DNA of 64,000 nucleotides from Bacteriovoracaceae bacterium (GTDB lineage Bacteria > Bdellovibrionota > Bacteriovoracia > Bacteriovoracales > Bacteriovoracaceae), in NCBI GenBank assembly GCA_048270185.1, contig JBLWTJ010000001.1, forward strand, positions 1,632,001 to 1,696,000. Direction: 5' to 3'. The position numbers and the translations under genes are program-made. Positions 19,172 to 28,501 of the stretch are shown in pieces. Each line of letters opens with the position of its first letter. Position 1 is the stretch's first letter. The notes beneath the pieces are model-generated. The model was not told where the DNA came from, ran no database searches, and saw only the letters and a program-made list of their open reading frames with translations.

Positions 19172-21241
19172 TTACTGAAGGCCACAACAAATAAAACGTG
19201 TTCGGTAAGCGTGATTACCACTAGCAAGATAGATACGTTGACGATAAAAACCTTTTACAATAGGTTTTGTCGAAGGACACTGGTAATAAGCCTCTACAGC
19301 AGTACCTGCAGTACTATTTGATGGGTTTACGTTTGTGTGAATATATTGAAAATCAAGACCAGAGTTAGCACACGACACAACAGATGGAACAGGCCAGCTT
19401 GATTTACAAACAGAGCCGATACAAACCGAAGTACATGAGTTAGAATAGTTACACTTATCATTAGAGTCGTTGACACAATAAAGTGAGATCTGAGTTCCTA
19501 TTGTCTTTGCACCTCTTACAACTTGCCCACTACCACAAAGAGTATATCCAGATCCAGTTGTAACAGTACCAAAACTTCGATACGCCAAAATTGCATCTCT
19601 GATCGATGTATACTTATCCTGAGCTGTTCCAGCATCATTTAATAAATGTTGAAGAATAGCTTTTCTTTCATCTGCACCAAAAGAAGTCGCTAAAGTTCTA
19701 TATACCCATTCTTTAGTTACGAAACGACTATTATTTGCTCCATAATCACCAATTTGCGAATAAGTGAAATTAGAAATTAAATGTCCACCAGCATCTAAGT
19801 AGGCAGCATTCACACCATCCCTCTGAAGGCGTACAGTATTTACACCATTAATATTAACGTTCTGACCAGTGAGTGTATGAGTCCCAGCAGAAGTCGTATT
19901 GATATTTGCAGAGGCATTAGTATTAATATCTGTAGAGGCATTAGTATTAATTTCTCCAGTAATATCAACAGTCATTCCAGCAGAACCGTTCACATCGACA
20001 ACACCAGCAGCGTTGACCTCAACTTCTCCCGCTGAGGAAGTTATTGTATTCTTCCCACCTGACTCATTCGTTATGAAACCAGCTGCATCGTTAGAGATAT
20101 TTCCAGTGACAGTATTTAAATCATCTCCTGTTATATTTGTAGTTTTTGAGCCTCCAAAAGTCTCATTGATAGTACCATTCGTATTGATATTTGTTGCCGG
20201 TGCTAAGTAGTTAAGATCAGCTGATACGGCACCTGTTATATTTATAGTTGGATTATCTGTTGTTGCAGCACCTAGATGAAGATTTTTTTCAACCCATAAT
20301 GAACCAGCGTCAGTTGGTTGAGCCATTGAGCCAGCATTAACAGAAATGACAACCCCACCAGTATTGGCAATTGCCGCGGCATCATCATACTTTGTACCAT
20401 AGAACCTAGTAGGTCCATCAATATTAAGAGAGTACTGTTGGGCATTGGCAGGAGCATCAAAAGCAGCTGAAGGTAGAGTATTTCTATTCTTCATTACAAA
20501 ATTTCGACAAGTCCCATCATCTTCGAAAAATGTCCCCCCCATCGACACACACGTTGCCTGAGCGTAATCAAGACGATCTCCGAAACACTTCTCAATGACA
20601 CCAGCTGTTGTCGTAACAACATTAAGCTTAATGGAAGTACGCATCTCAAGCGCACCAAAAGAAGATTTTTGAATTGCATCCTGCTGTTCTGCAGTAAGTG
20701 CACCTGTACGGCCACTCTTTCTTAAGTTTACAACAAGACTGATCTCCCCTCTTCTTCTAGTTTGTGGAACACCGTTACCATCAACATAAGAGAATGTATC
20801 AAATGAAACTCCATCCGCACCACATGTATGATTTGTATATGTTGCAGGGTTTGTATCATTACAATAGCCAAATATTCTAATATCTCGAATTGTTAAAGCT
20901 TCACCGGCATTACCGATTTGATCATCAATATTGAAAGTTGGGTTTACAGCGCCAACCTTTTTAATACCGGCGAGTACAGGTGTTCCCGGTGCGGCATCGA
21001 CGGCCAAGCCTCCCAATGTCTCAGTACAGTTATCTTCACTAAGCATTAACGTAGCAAGTCTATTCTTAAAAGAGTTTGCCTCAAAGTCCTGACGTACTTT
21101 CTTCGTCCCACGGTTAATATTACTCATGATCTGTGTTACCGCTACAGATAAAACCCCAAGAAGTCCTGCTGCAACCATAACCTCAACGAGGGTGAAACCT
21201 TTGGTACCAAGAAATTTAAACTTACGTTGTCTTTTCATCAT
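19172..21241 (-). CDS. Large type IV pilin-like protein with beta-repeat region and Cys-rich C-terminus
   Basis: Class III signal: basic leader, G|FTLVEVMV with E5, hydrophobic helix; 8-residue repeats in the middle. Confidence 0.88.
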   Translation of the reverse strand: MMKRQRKFKFLGTKGFTLVEVMVAAGLLGVLSVAVTQIMSNINRGTKKVRQDFEANSFKNRLATLMLSEDNCTETLGGLAVDAAPGTPVLAGIKKVGAVNPTFNIDDQIGNAGEALTIRDIRIFGYCNDTNPATYTNHTCGADGVSFDTFSYVDGNGVPQTRRRGEISLVVNLRKSGRTGALTAEQQDAIQKSSFGALEMRTSIKLNVVTTTAGVIEKCFGDRLDYAQATCVSMGGTFFEDDGTCRNFVMKNRNTLPSAAFDAPANAQQYSLNIDGPTRFYGTKYDDAAAIANTGGVVISVNAGSMAQPTDAGSLWVEKNLHLGAATTDNPTINITGAVSADLNYLAPATNINTNGTINETFGGSKTTNITGDDLNTVTGNISNDAAGFITNESGGKNTITSSAGEVEVNAAGVVDVNGSAGMTVDITGEINTNASTDINTNASANINTTSAGTHTLTGQNVNINGVNTVRLQRDGVNAAYLDAGGHLISNFTYSQIGDYGANNSRFVTKEWVYRTLATSFGADERKAILQHLLNDAGTAQDKYTSIRDAILAYRSFGTVTTGSGYTLCGSGQVVRGAKTIGTQISLYCVNDSNDKCNYSNSCTSVCIGSVCKSSWPVPSVVSCANSGLDFQYIHTNVNPSNSTAGTAVEAYYQCPSTKPIVKGFYRQRIYLASGNHAYRTRFICCGLQ
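19910..19951. repeat. In-frame 24-bp-period tandem repeat inside the pilin gene
   Basis: agaggcattagtattaat exact at 19910-19927 and 19934-19951 (encodes INTNAS twice). Confidence 0.9.
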
Positions 21242-21441
21242 TTTCTCTCATGTAATAGTTAAATAAATTATAACTCGATATCAATTTGCACCTATTCAAT
21301 TAGAGGTATTGGGCCCAAATTGTGAAAATATCATCATAAACATATAATATTACATATATCCATCTGATGCAGAAAAATCTCAAACACTCAATTGTTGCCT
21401 AGAATCATTGGCATGTTAAAATAGGTAAACAACTTTAAGGT

Positions 21442-21789
21442 ATGGAAATTATGAAGAAGATTTTTATATATTTATCATTTGTCATGTTATTCCAGAGCTG
21501 TTTGCTCAAGAAAGTCCAAGAATTTAATGAAGATAAACGTTCTAACGACAATACAGACACTAAAATGGATGTAATAGGACGCGGTTACTTTACACATGAA
21601 TCGCAGATATATTTTTCAAATGGAAATGATGCCTTTTGCGCCCTAGAGAGTTGGGAACAACTAGAGTCCTTCTTAAGTAAAGAAAGTATAACTAATCTAG
21701 GTGAACTCGAATTACCTACAATGCAAAAAATGCAAGGACGTTGTACAGAAGAGCTTGTATTTGGGGAGCTTAAATTACTTAGTAAATAG
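21442..21789 (+). CDS. Small lipoprotein, unknown function
   Basis: MKK...hydrophobic...FQSC lipobox. Confidence 0.7.
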   Translation: MEIMKKIFIYLSFVMLFQSCLLKKVQEFNEDKRSNDNTDTKMDVIGRGYFTHESQIYFSNGNDAFCALESWEQLESFLSKESITNLGELELPTMQKMQGRCTEELVFGELKLLSK

Positions 21790-21795
21790 AGCATC

Positions 21796-23193
21796 ATGCA
21801 AAAGTTTAAAAATTATATCCCCTTTATTCTTTTAACTCTAATGGCAATATCCGTCATTCAACTTATATATTTAAGTCATATAAATACAATTAAATATCAC
21901 AAAGAGTTTATTAACTTAAAAACAATTAATAAATATGTTCCCCTTATGGGTGCAGATGAATTCATGACATCAACGGTATCTTTAAATAAGCAATCACTCA
22001 ACCTTGGTGCCTGGCAGGGTTATCATGAGTTAACTTTAAAAGAAGACATTGATATAAAAGACATAGAAATTCAATTTACTACACCAGAAACAAGACGACT
22101 TGAATTGATATTTAAGACAGATCAAGGTGAATATCTATTAAGAGTAACTAATAGCAAGCTCTATCCTTCCATTTTCACCAAACTACAAGCACAAAGATTT
22201 ACAGAAAAGAAAAGATTAAATATTCAAAAATTAATAGAGAAGAATACCCTTAAAGTAGAAAAAAACAATCAAGTATTCGTTATCACATTAAACAATAAAA
22301 TCATCCATCGTTTTAGTCCAAAATATATCTCAAATATCGTACTAAAAGGCAGTCAAAGTACTACAACAATAAAGAATATAAAGATAAATGATAATGTCTA
22401 CTCATTTTCAATCTTCCATAATTGGCAACTTTCAATCATACCATCTCTCTGCGCACTAATAATATTACTTATAATTATCTCACTAATGAGTCGTTATACT
22501 TCCAAAGATTATTCACGCTCATTACTACTATTCTACATTAATATAGCACTAACAACATACTTTGCGTATCACTTCTATGTACAAGCAGGCCGTTACCCTG
22601 AGACCACAAAAGAAAGTCAAATAGAGGAAGAATTATTAATAAAGAACGAATTTGCAAGAATAGAAGAACTTATTAATAAGTCCAATATCGCACCTAGACT
22701 TTTTATCGGATCATCCCAGACGTTCGGCGAAGGAGCTAGTACAAAAAAAGAAACATGGGTCAATCAGCTTTGCCAAAATAATTGTATCAATTCAGGCATT
22801 AGATCTGCAACAACACAAGATTTTTTAGACAATTTTAAGATCTATCAAAATACAAAATTTTCAAAAGTATTTATCAATCTTGCGTATAACGATACTCAAA
22901 GTGATACTCATTCGGCAAACATGAGGAAACTCGTTCAAGAATTCAAACAAATTTCAGAGCAGGTCATACTAATAATAGAGCCCTACAATACGGTATTTAA
23001 CAAATTATCAATTAATCAAGAAAACATAGTAAATACCTGCCAAGAAGCGCAGATTAAATGTATTAATCCAATGAATGAACTTACTGAAAAATATGACAGT
23101 GGTTTTATATGGTGGGATATGATTCACCTAACAGACTATGGTCAGAAGCTAATGGCTGATATCATCAACAAAAGCTTACGTCAAAATTACTAA
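21796..23193 (+). CDS. Membrane-anchored SGNH/GDSL hydrolase or O-acyltransferase
   Basis: FIGSSQTFG, NSG, NLAYND, WWDMIH (DxxH) blocks after three TM segments. Confidence 0.75.
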   Translation: MQKFKNYIPFILLTLMAISVIQLIYLSHINTIKYHKEFINLKTINKYVPLMGADEFMTSTVSLNKQSLNLGAWQGYHELTLKEDIDIKDIEIQFTTPETRRLELIFKTDQGEYLLRVTNSKLYPSIFTKLQAQRFTEKKRLNIQKLIEKNTLKVEKNNQVFVITLNNKIIHRFSPKYISNIVLKGSQSTTTIKNIKINDNVYSFSIFHNWQLSIIPSLCALIILLIIISLMSRYTSKDYSRSLLLFYINIALTTYFAYHFYVQAGRYPETTKESQIEEELLIKNEFARIEELINKSNIAPRLFIGSSQTFGEGASTKKETWVNQLCQNNCINSGIRSATTQDFLDNFKIYQNTKFSKVFINLAYNDTQSDTHSANMRKLVQEFKQISEQVILIIEPYNTVFNKLSINQENIVNTCQEAQIKCINPMNELTEKYDSGFIWWDMIHLTDYGQKLMADIINKSLRQNY

Positions 23194-23225
23194 ATATGTT
23201 ATGATGAATTGCATAAGGAAAAACT

Positions 23226-23729
23226 ATGAAAATCATTTTAATATTTATATTCATCAACTTTATTCCTCTGGCCAATGAGCTACAAAGTAAAGAAGAAACT
23301 AATAATTCAAAATTAATGAATGTCTTTTCTAAGAAAGATGCTAGTTTTCTTGAAGAAGCGTGCATTAAGAAAATTGATTATGTATTCACTATCATTGATG
23401 GAGTTAATTCGATAAACAAAGAAAAATCTATTACAAACCTAAAAAGTAAATATATCCTCGATCAACATGCTTTTCATTTTGACATCAAGATTCTTACCGA
23501 AAAATACAATAATAAAAAATCAAAAGCATATTTCGATGAACTTCTAAAGATCACAAAAAAATATAATATCGACCCACTTAATAAATGTATGATTGATACT
23601 TATCGTGTATTAATGGCCAGACAAGAGTGCCTTAAGTCAGCTAATACTGCGGATAAGAAAAAGAGTTGCGAAGATGGGTTTAAAATTGCTGACGAGAATA
23701 TTCTAGGATTATTCTTCAGTAAAAAATAA
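23226..23729 (+). CDS. Hypothetical exported protein
   Basis: Signal-peptide-like N-terminus, 4 Cys. Confidence 0.6.
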   Translation: MKIILIFIFINFIPLANELQSKEETNNSKLMNVFSKKDASFLEEACIKKIDYVFTIIDGVNSINKEKSITNLKSKYILDQHAFHFDIKILTEKYNNKKSKAYFDELLKITKKYNIDPLNKCMIDTYRVLMARQECLKSANTADKKKSCEDGFKIADENILGLFFSKK

Positions 23730-24740
23730 GAACTCATAGTCACCATAGTAGTCATTCTTATCAAATAGGTACTCCCACTCTCTTGGTGATAGAAAGCTTT
23801 CACATGTTAAGGCCCAGCACTGAAGATTACATAATTCCTCTTCATTTCGATATGATTCAACTGCAAGATAAGATTTCTTTGATACTCGAGTCATTTCTTT
23901 CAAGGCTGCTTCAAGCTCAGGAAGTTCAAAGTTATGAAAGACCATAAGAGATATTGCTAGATCGAATTCCTTATGGCCAAAATCCAACCCTTCTCTAATA
24001 TCTACGACTTTTAAAAACGCCCTTACTTCTTCTTTAGCATCATCAATTGCATGATTTGAAATATCAATTCCTGTAATAGATATGCCTGGCAAGATTCTTT
24101 TAATCTCAAACAAGAGATGGGCCTTTCCACAACCAAGATCTAGGACACTAGACTCATTTGTGAGTCGATACTTATCAATGATCATTTCGGCTAAAGGTTT
24201 CCAACGTCCATCATATTGGTAGCCACCATAACCATATTTTCGCTCACCATCCCAATAATCAAAGTCATATTTTTTTGAAATTTTCATTTCGGATGGCTTC
24301 GTTGCAGACATTCTGGCGAAATAATCTCGTTTTGTGGCGGTATGAAGAGATGTTAGTAGTTCAACACATTTTCCTCTTTTATTTTCTAGAAAGTAATTTA
24401 ATTCATCAAGGTCACTTTCAGTATTTAAGATATAATCTTCACTAACAAAGTGTATTTCAAAATTCTTTTCTTTAACCTTCTTAATGAACTTAGAATACGG
24501 AAATCCTCTATTCTTTAGTATCGAAAGACTAAAAAAAAGTAACTTAGATCCATTTAAACTATCTTCTAGTAAACTATTAAGACTATGCCAGCTTCCATTG
24601 AGGTTAACTTCAGTCATACCAAAACAGAATTCTAACTCTCTTTGAGAACAATATGATCGAAAGACCATATTTTGAATACGATGAGGAACAAATGATCCAT
24701 CAATAACTGAAGAATATAAATAACTATATGCTTTCATCAT
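23709..24740 (-). CDS. Fusion: sporadic carbohydrate cluster protein (LIC12192-like) plus class I SAM methyltransferase
   Basis: N-terminal VPHRIQNMVFRSYC; C-terminal DYWDG.RKYGYGGY.YDGRW and LDLGCGK; N-terminal family recognised from memory. Confidence 0.78.
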   Translation of the reverse strand: MMKAYSYLYSSVIDGSFVPHRIQNMVFRSYCSQRELEFCFGMTEVNLNGSWHSLNSLLEDSLNGSKLLFFSLSILKNRGFPYSKFIKKVKEKNFEIHFVSEDYILNTESDLDELNYFLENKRGKCVELLTSLHTATKRDYFARMSATKPSEMKISKKYDFDYWDGERKYGYGGYQYDGRWKPLAEMIIDKYRLTNESSVLDLGCGKAHLLFEIKRILPGISITGIDISNHAIDDAKEEVRAFLKVVDIREGLDFGHKEFDLAISLMVFHNFELPELEAALKEMTRVSKKSYLAVESYRNEEELCNLQCWALTCESFLSPREWEYLFDKNDYYGDYEFLFFTEE

Positions 24741-25455
24741 CTATATCCCTCTCATATTTAATTGCGAGTCTTGTTTGTATCGATAAATTGATTTTTTCAA
24801 AATACTCAAATAACTTCTTATCGTGATAAGGACTGTGAAAGTTCTTAAAACGAAGATTTAGGCTCACACGCGTAAGCTCTTCTTCATTAACAATATTTCC
24901 ATGAATTAGACCAGGAAAGAAGAAAAGGGCCTGGCCCTCTTTTAGTTCAACAAATTGCCTATTCTCTTTATATTTTTCTTCAATTGAAGAAAGAGTACGA
25001 CTCTTCTTCATTTCTTTGATGATTTGTATCGAATCCTCATATGAGTATAGATAGAAAGATTGTGATTTACTCACGTCCACAAGAGGTATCCATACAACGA
25101 CCTCATAGGGTGAATTACCACAAAGTACATCAGAATGTAGAGGTTGAAGAAAGTCTCCATTTCCAGGAAGATGAATATTTATATTAATTTTTTTCTGAAT
25201 TGCTAATTCTACACCAACGATCTCACTTAGCTGAGACTTTAACTGTTGGTAAATATCTTCTTTGACTTCTTTTATTGATATCTCTGAAATGGCCTTAAGA
25301 CGAATTTCATTAATTTTCGGACCATCAAGTTCACGATGAAGAGTAGAGAAATTAGAAGTACCAACGACCGAAGCGAAGACTTTTTTAATTAAGTCAGGGT
25401 TAAACTCACAAATAGTATAACCTTTTTCGAGGTAGTCTTGTGAATTAAACATCAA
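24724..25455 (-). CDS. 2OG-Fe(II) oxygenase (sporadic carbohydrate cluster type)
   Basis: LHSD, GNSPYEVVVWIPL, HGN..N, TRVSLNLRFK. Confidence 0.85.
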   Translation of the reverse strand: MMFNSQDYLEKGYTICEFNPDLIKKVFASVVGTSNFSTLHRELDGPKINEIRLKAISEISIKEVKEDIYQQLKSQLSEIVGVELAIQKKININIHLPGNGDFLQPLHSDVLCGNSPYEVVVWIPLVDVSKSQSFYLYSYEDSIQIIKEMKKSRTLSSIEEKYKENRQFVELKEGQALFFFPGLIHGNIVNEEELTRVSLNLRFKNFHSPYHDKKLFEYFEKINLSIQTRLAIKYERDIDDESI

Positions 25456-26356
25456 AACGTTCCTTAATAATTGTCCCCATTCTTTCTGGAGTCAGACCTA
25501 ACTGTGCAAAAATCTCTTCTTGTCTTCCATAAATACTTGGATAGCCTTCACCAAGGTGAAAGTGATGAAAATTCTTATTTATCCCATTATCAAAAAGAGT
25601 CGATTTAACACGAGAGCCAAGTCCCCCCTTTTCGAGATGTTCTTCAATAACAACGATATTTTCATACTTGTCTAAATAGTTAACTAACTCATCACTAGCA
25701 AATGGTTGGACCGTTGCAAAATGAAGAACTGAAATAGAATTATTATCATTTTGAATATCAAGACATCGCTGAAGCATAATTCCGGTTGTTATAATTAATG
25801 TACGTCCTAAGCTCTCGCTTGGGTAATAAAGTGCTTTTCCAATTTCAATATCATGACCCTTTGTTACAACTGGATCTCCACCTTTACCAAGACGGATATA
25901 AACAGGACCTTGATGAGATTCCGTTTTCTTAATCAATTGATTCATCTCATTAGCATCAGCGGGTGCAAGAATAGTTAAATTTGGTAATGTTTCTAAGATT
26001 GAAAAATCATCCACACAAGTATGAGTATGCCCTAATGGGCCGTAAACGAGGCCGCCTCCATTTCCATAAAGTCTTACATTGAGATTCTCATAGCAAATAT
26101 CAAGAGCAAGTTGTTCAAAGGCGCGCTTTACGATAAATGAAGCGATTGTATTCACATAAACAATATTACCACTTAAGGCCATTCCTGCGGCCATTCCAAG
26201 AACGTGCCCTTCACTAATTCCTTCCATAAAGAATTGCTCTGGTGCTTGTTCTTTTAGATCAGATAAAACATCAGGACCAAGATCAGAGCCAATAAAGACC
26301 ACGTCCTTATTTTTTAAGGCAAGTTCTGAAATAGTATTTAAACCTGTCTTTCTCAT
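25445..26356 (-). CDS. Transketolase-like C-terminal subunit (second copy)
   Basis: MEGISE, GGGLVYGPLGHTH, YIRLGKG, IEEH..GGLGS. Confidence 0.9.
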   Translation of the reverse strand: MRKTGLNTISELALKNKDVVFIGSDLGPDVLSDLKEQAPEQFFMEGISEGHVLGMAAGMALSGNIVYVNTIASFIVKRAFEQLALDICYENLNVRLYGNGGGLVYGPLGHTHTCVDDFSILETLPNLTILAPADANEMNQLIKKTESHQGPVYIRLGKGGDPVVTKGHDIEIGKALYYPSESLGRTLIITTGIMLQRCLDIQNDNNSISVLHFATVQPFASDELVNYLDKYENIVVIEEHLEKGGLGSRVKSTLFDNGINKNFHHFHLGEGYPSIYGRQEEIFAQLGLTPERMGTIIKERFDV

Positions 26357-27153
26357 TCGATGCCTTTATAAAGTAATTTAATCTCATCTACTGTTAGCTT
26401 ATTCTTATGATGCCAACTTAAATCATTTTCAATCATAGTAAGACCTTGTCCCTTGATCGTATGACAGATAATGCAAAGAGGTTTATTTTGATTTTGATTT
26501 AAGATATCTAATAAAGTCTCACTTGAATTAACCATATCGACTTCGGCCACATCAAAACCAAAACTTCTCCACTTATCAGGAAAAGGTTCGAGTGGACAAA
26601 CTTCACTTACACTACCGTAAGACTGAAGCTTATTATAATCAATGATGACAATCAGATTATCTAATTTGTTCTTAGAAGCTGACAATGCCGCTTCCCAAAC
26701 TGTACCTTCGTTACATTCGCCATCACCAAGGATCGCCACAACTTTCTTATTCGATTTATTCTTCTTATTAGAGCAGGCCATTCCCACTGCAACAGGTAAA
26801 CCGTGTCCTAGAGACCCAGTAGAAAACTCTATACCTGGAACACGCTGGCGCGATGGGTGCCCTCCAAGTATTCCATCTACCTTACATAATTTGTCATATT
26901 CTGATTCATCAAAGAAACCTTTCTCTTTTAAAATCGCATATAGAGAAAGACAGCCATGTCCCTTACTTAAAATAATACGATGTCGGTCTAAACTTTCAAA
27001 ATCGGCAGGAGTTAAATTGTATTTGTAATAATAGAGAGTAACAAGAATTTCCACAAGAGAGTAAGCAGAAGGGAGATGCCCGCGTCCACCGCGAACAAAT
27101 AAATTAAGTGTTTCTTTTCGAATCGTCTTGCATAAATCCTTAAAATCTTTCAT
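26353..27153 (-). CDS. Transketolase-like N-terminal subunit (second copy)
   Basis: GH..SA.S, LSKGHG, GGHP, TGSLGHGL, GDGECNEG. Confidence 0.92.
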   Translation of the reverse strand: MKDFKDLCKTIRKETLNLFVRGGRGHLPSAYSLVEILVTLYYYKYNLTPADFESLDRHRIILSKGHGCLSLYAILKEKGFFDESEYDKLCKVDGILGGHPSRQRVPGIEFSTGSLGHGLPVAVGMACSNKKNKSNKKVVAILGDGECNEGTVWEAALSASKNKLDNLIVIIDYNKLQSYGSVSEVCPLEPFPDKWRSFGFDVAEVDMVNSSETLLDILNQNQNKPLCIICHTIKGQGLTMIENDLSWHHKNKLTVDEIKLLYKGIE

Positions 27154-28501
27154 GTATTAATGATACTACTTTTTGTTGCCAAGACCAATATCTATTCCCT
27201 TGCTCTTTATTTGCAAGCATTTGTTTGAGATATTGATTTGAACGTTCAAAATCACCATCATGTTTTGCCATAATTAGGAGCCATTCAAAGGCAATCAGGT
27301 CATAGTAATTGAGAGTCTGTTTCCAAAATTCTTTCTTATCAGTAGCAAGTTCGCTAAATAAACCAATAAGAGATATGCATTCTTTATCATCTAGATCTTG
27401 ACCAACATGATGAATAGCATTTAAGAAGCTACGACTGAGATCATCATGACCAAACGATTCAAAATCAAAAACATAGAGATGATCATCAATTTTTGAAAAA
27501 TTCTTTCGATGGAAGTCTGGAAAACAAATCGAGCGAGTCATTTGCGTCACTTCTAGCTTATTAATTATTTCTTCAAGAATCTCTTTGTACTGGTTTGGTA
27601 CTTTATTAAGCTTTGATAGTCGATCACCAATATTGTCAATATAAGACTGATTGTTTCTAATACCATGTGAAGCGTAGAAATGAATTTCTTTTCTCTGCAT
27701 TCGATTAAAAAACACTTTAAACGCTTTACAGAACCAGTCATCAAATCGAGTAATCTCTTGATGTTCAATAAAATTTTCTACAAAGAAGCATTCGCCACTT
27801 ATTATAACTTCATGCCTTAATAAGCCAATATTTCTGGCACCTAATTCTCGCTCCACACGATGAATGTCATTAATAATCTTGATAAAAAACTGTTTTTCAA
27901 TTGAACAAAATTTAAAAGAATTGCGTCCTACTGGTGTAATATGTGGACCAATACTATACTTCTTGATAAACCCTAGCAGGTTAAAGATATCATTCCACTT
28001 AAATAAATTGAGAAAGCCTTTATTACGATAAGTTCGATGTATCTTAAAAATACTCGCATCAATATGACTTAGAATATTAGCGAGGTCATCTATAACAATA
28101 TTGAAACCTGATCTATTAATATACTCAATCTTCTCAGAAGACTCTTCGAAAAGATTAATTTTTAGGTGATTAAGCTTACAAGACTTCAATTTTGACAAGA
28201 GTGCCTTATGTAAGTCATAGCGGCCACAATAACTGGTCTTACTTCGATGACTAACTAGCTCAATTTCAAAAATTTCACTATCGACAAGTAGGAGAAACGC
28301 CTCTTCAATAGTAGCTTCTTCAATAAGTTCGCCATAAACTCGCCCCTGTAACCGTAGCCACTCATCATGATTCGTTACATATGATTTAATATCATCTCTA
28401 GTCTGACAATTGGCTATATCAATATTTTCGATTATTGCTGCCTTAGCAAAGAGACCATCATAATCGAGAATAGTATTGTCGATATCAATTGCGATTTTCA
28501 T
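27140..28501 (-). CDS. Fusion: HAD-like hydrolase plus APH/choline-kinase-like phosphotransferase
   Basis: IDIDNTI (DxDxT), VSH, IDD; C-terminal PDFHRKNF and FDFESFGHDD. Confidence 0.72.
   Translation of the reverse strand: MKIAIDIDNTILDYDGLFAKAAIIENIDIANCQTRDDIKSYVTNHDEWLRLQGRVYGELIEEATIEEAFLLLVDSEIFEIELVSHRSKTSYCGRYDLHKALLSKLKSCKLNHLKINLFEESSEKIEYINRSGFNIVIDDLANILSHIDASIFKIHRTYRNKGFLNLFKWNDIFNLLGFIKKYSIGPHITPVGRNSFKFCSIEKQFFIKIINDIHRVERELGARNIGLLRHEVIISGECFFVENFIEHQEITRFDDWFCKAFKVFFNRMQRKEIHFYASHGIRNNQSYIDNIGDRLSKLNKVPNQYKEILEEIINKLEVTQMTRSICFPDFHRKNFSKIDDHLYVFDFESFGHDDLSRSFLNAIHHVGQDLDDKECISLIGLFSELATDKKEFWKQTLNYYDLIAFEWLLIMAKHDGDFERSNQYLKQMLANKEQGNRYWSWQQKVVSLIHERF

Noticed and set aside
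19910..19951. Direct repeat as CRISPR or shufflon site
   Set aside because: Two in-frame coding copies with a 6-nt gap; no spacers, cas genes, Rci recombinase or alternative C-terminal cassettes
19899..20210. 103-aa hydrophobic, periodic plus-strand ORF
   Set aside because: Antisense mirror of the pilin repeat region
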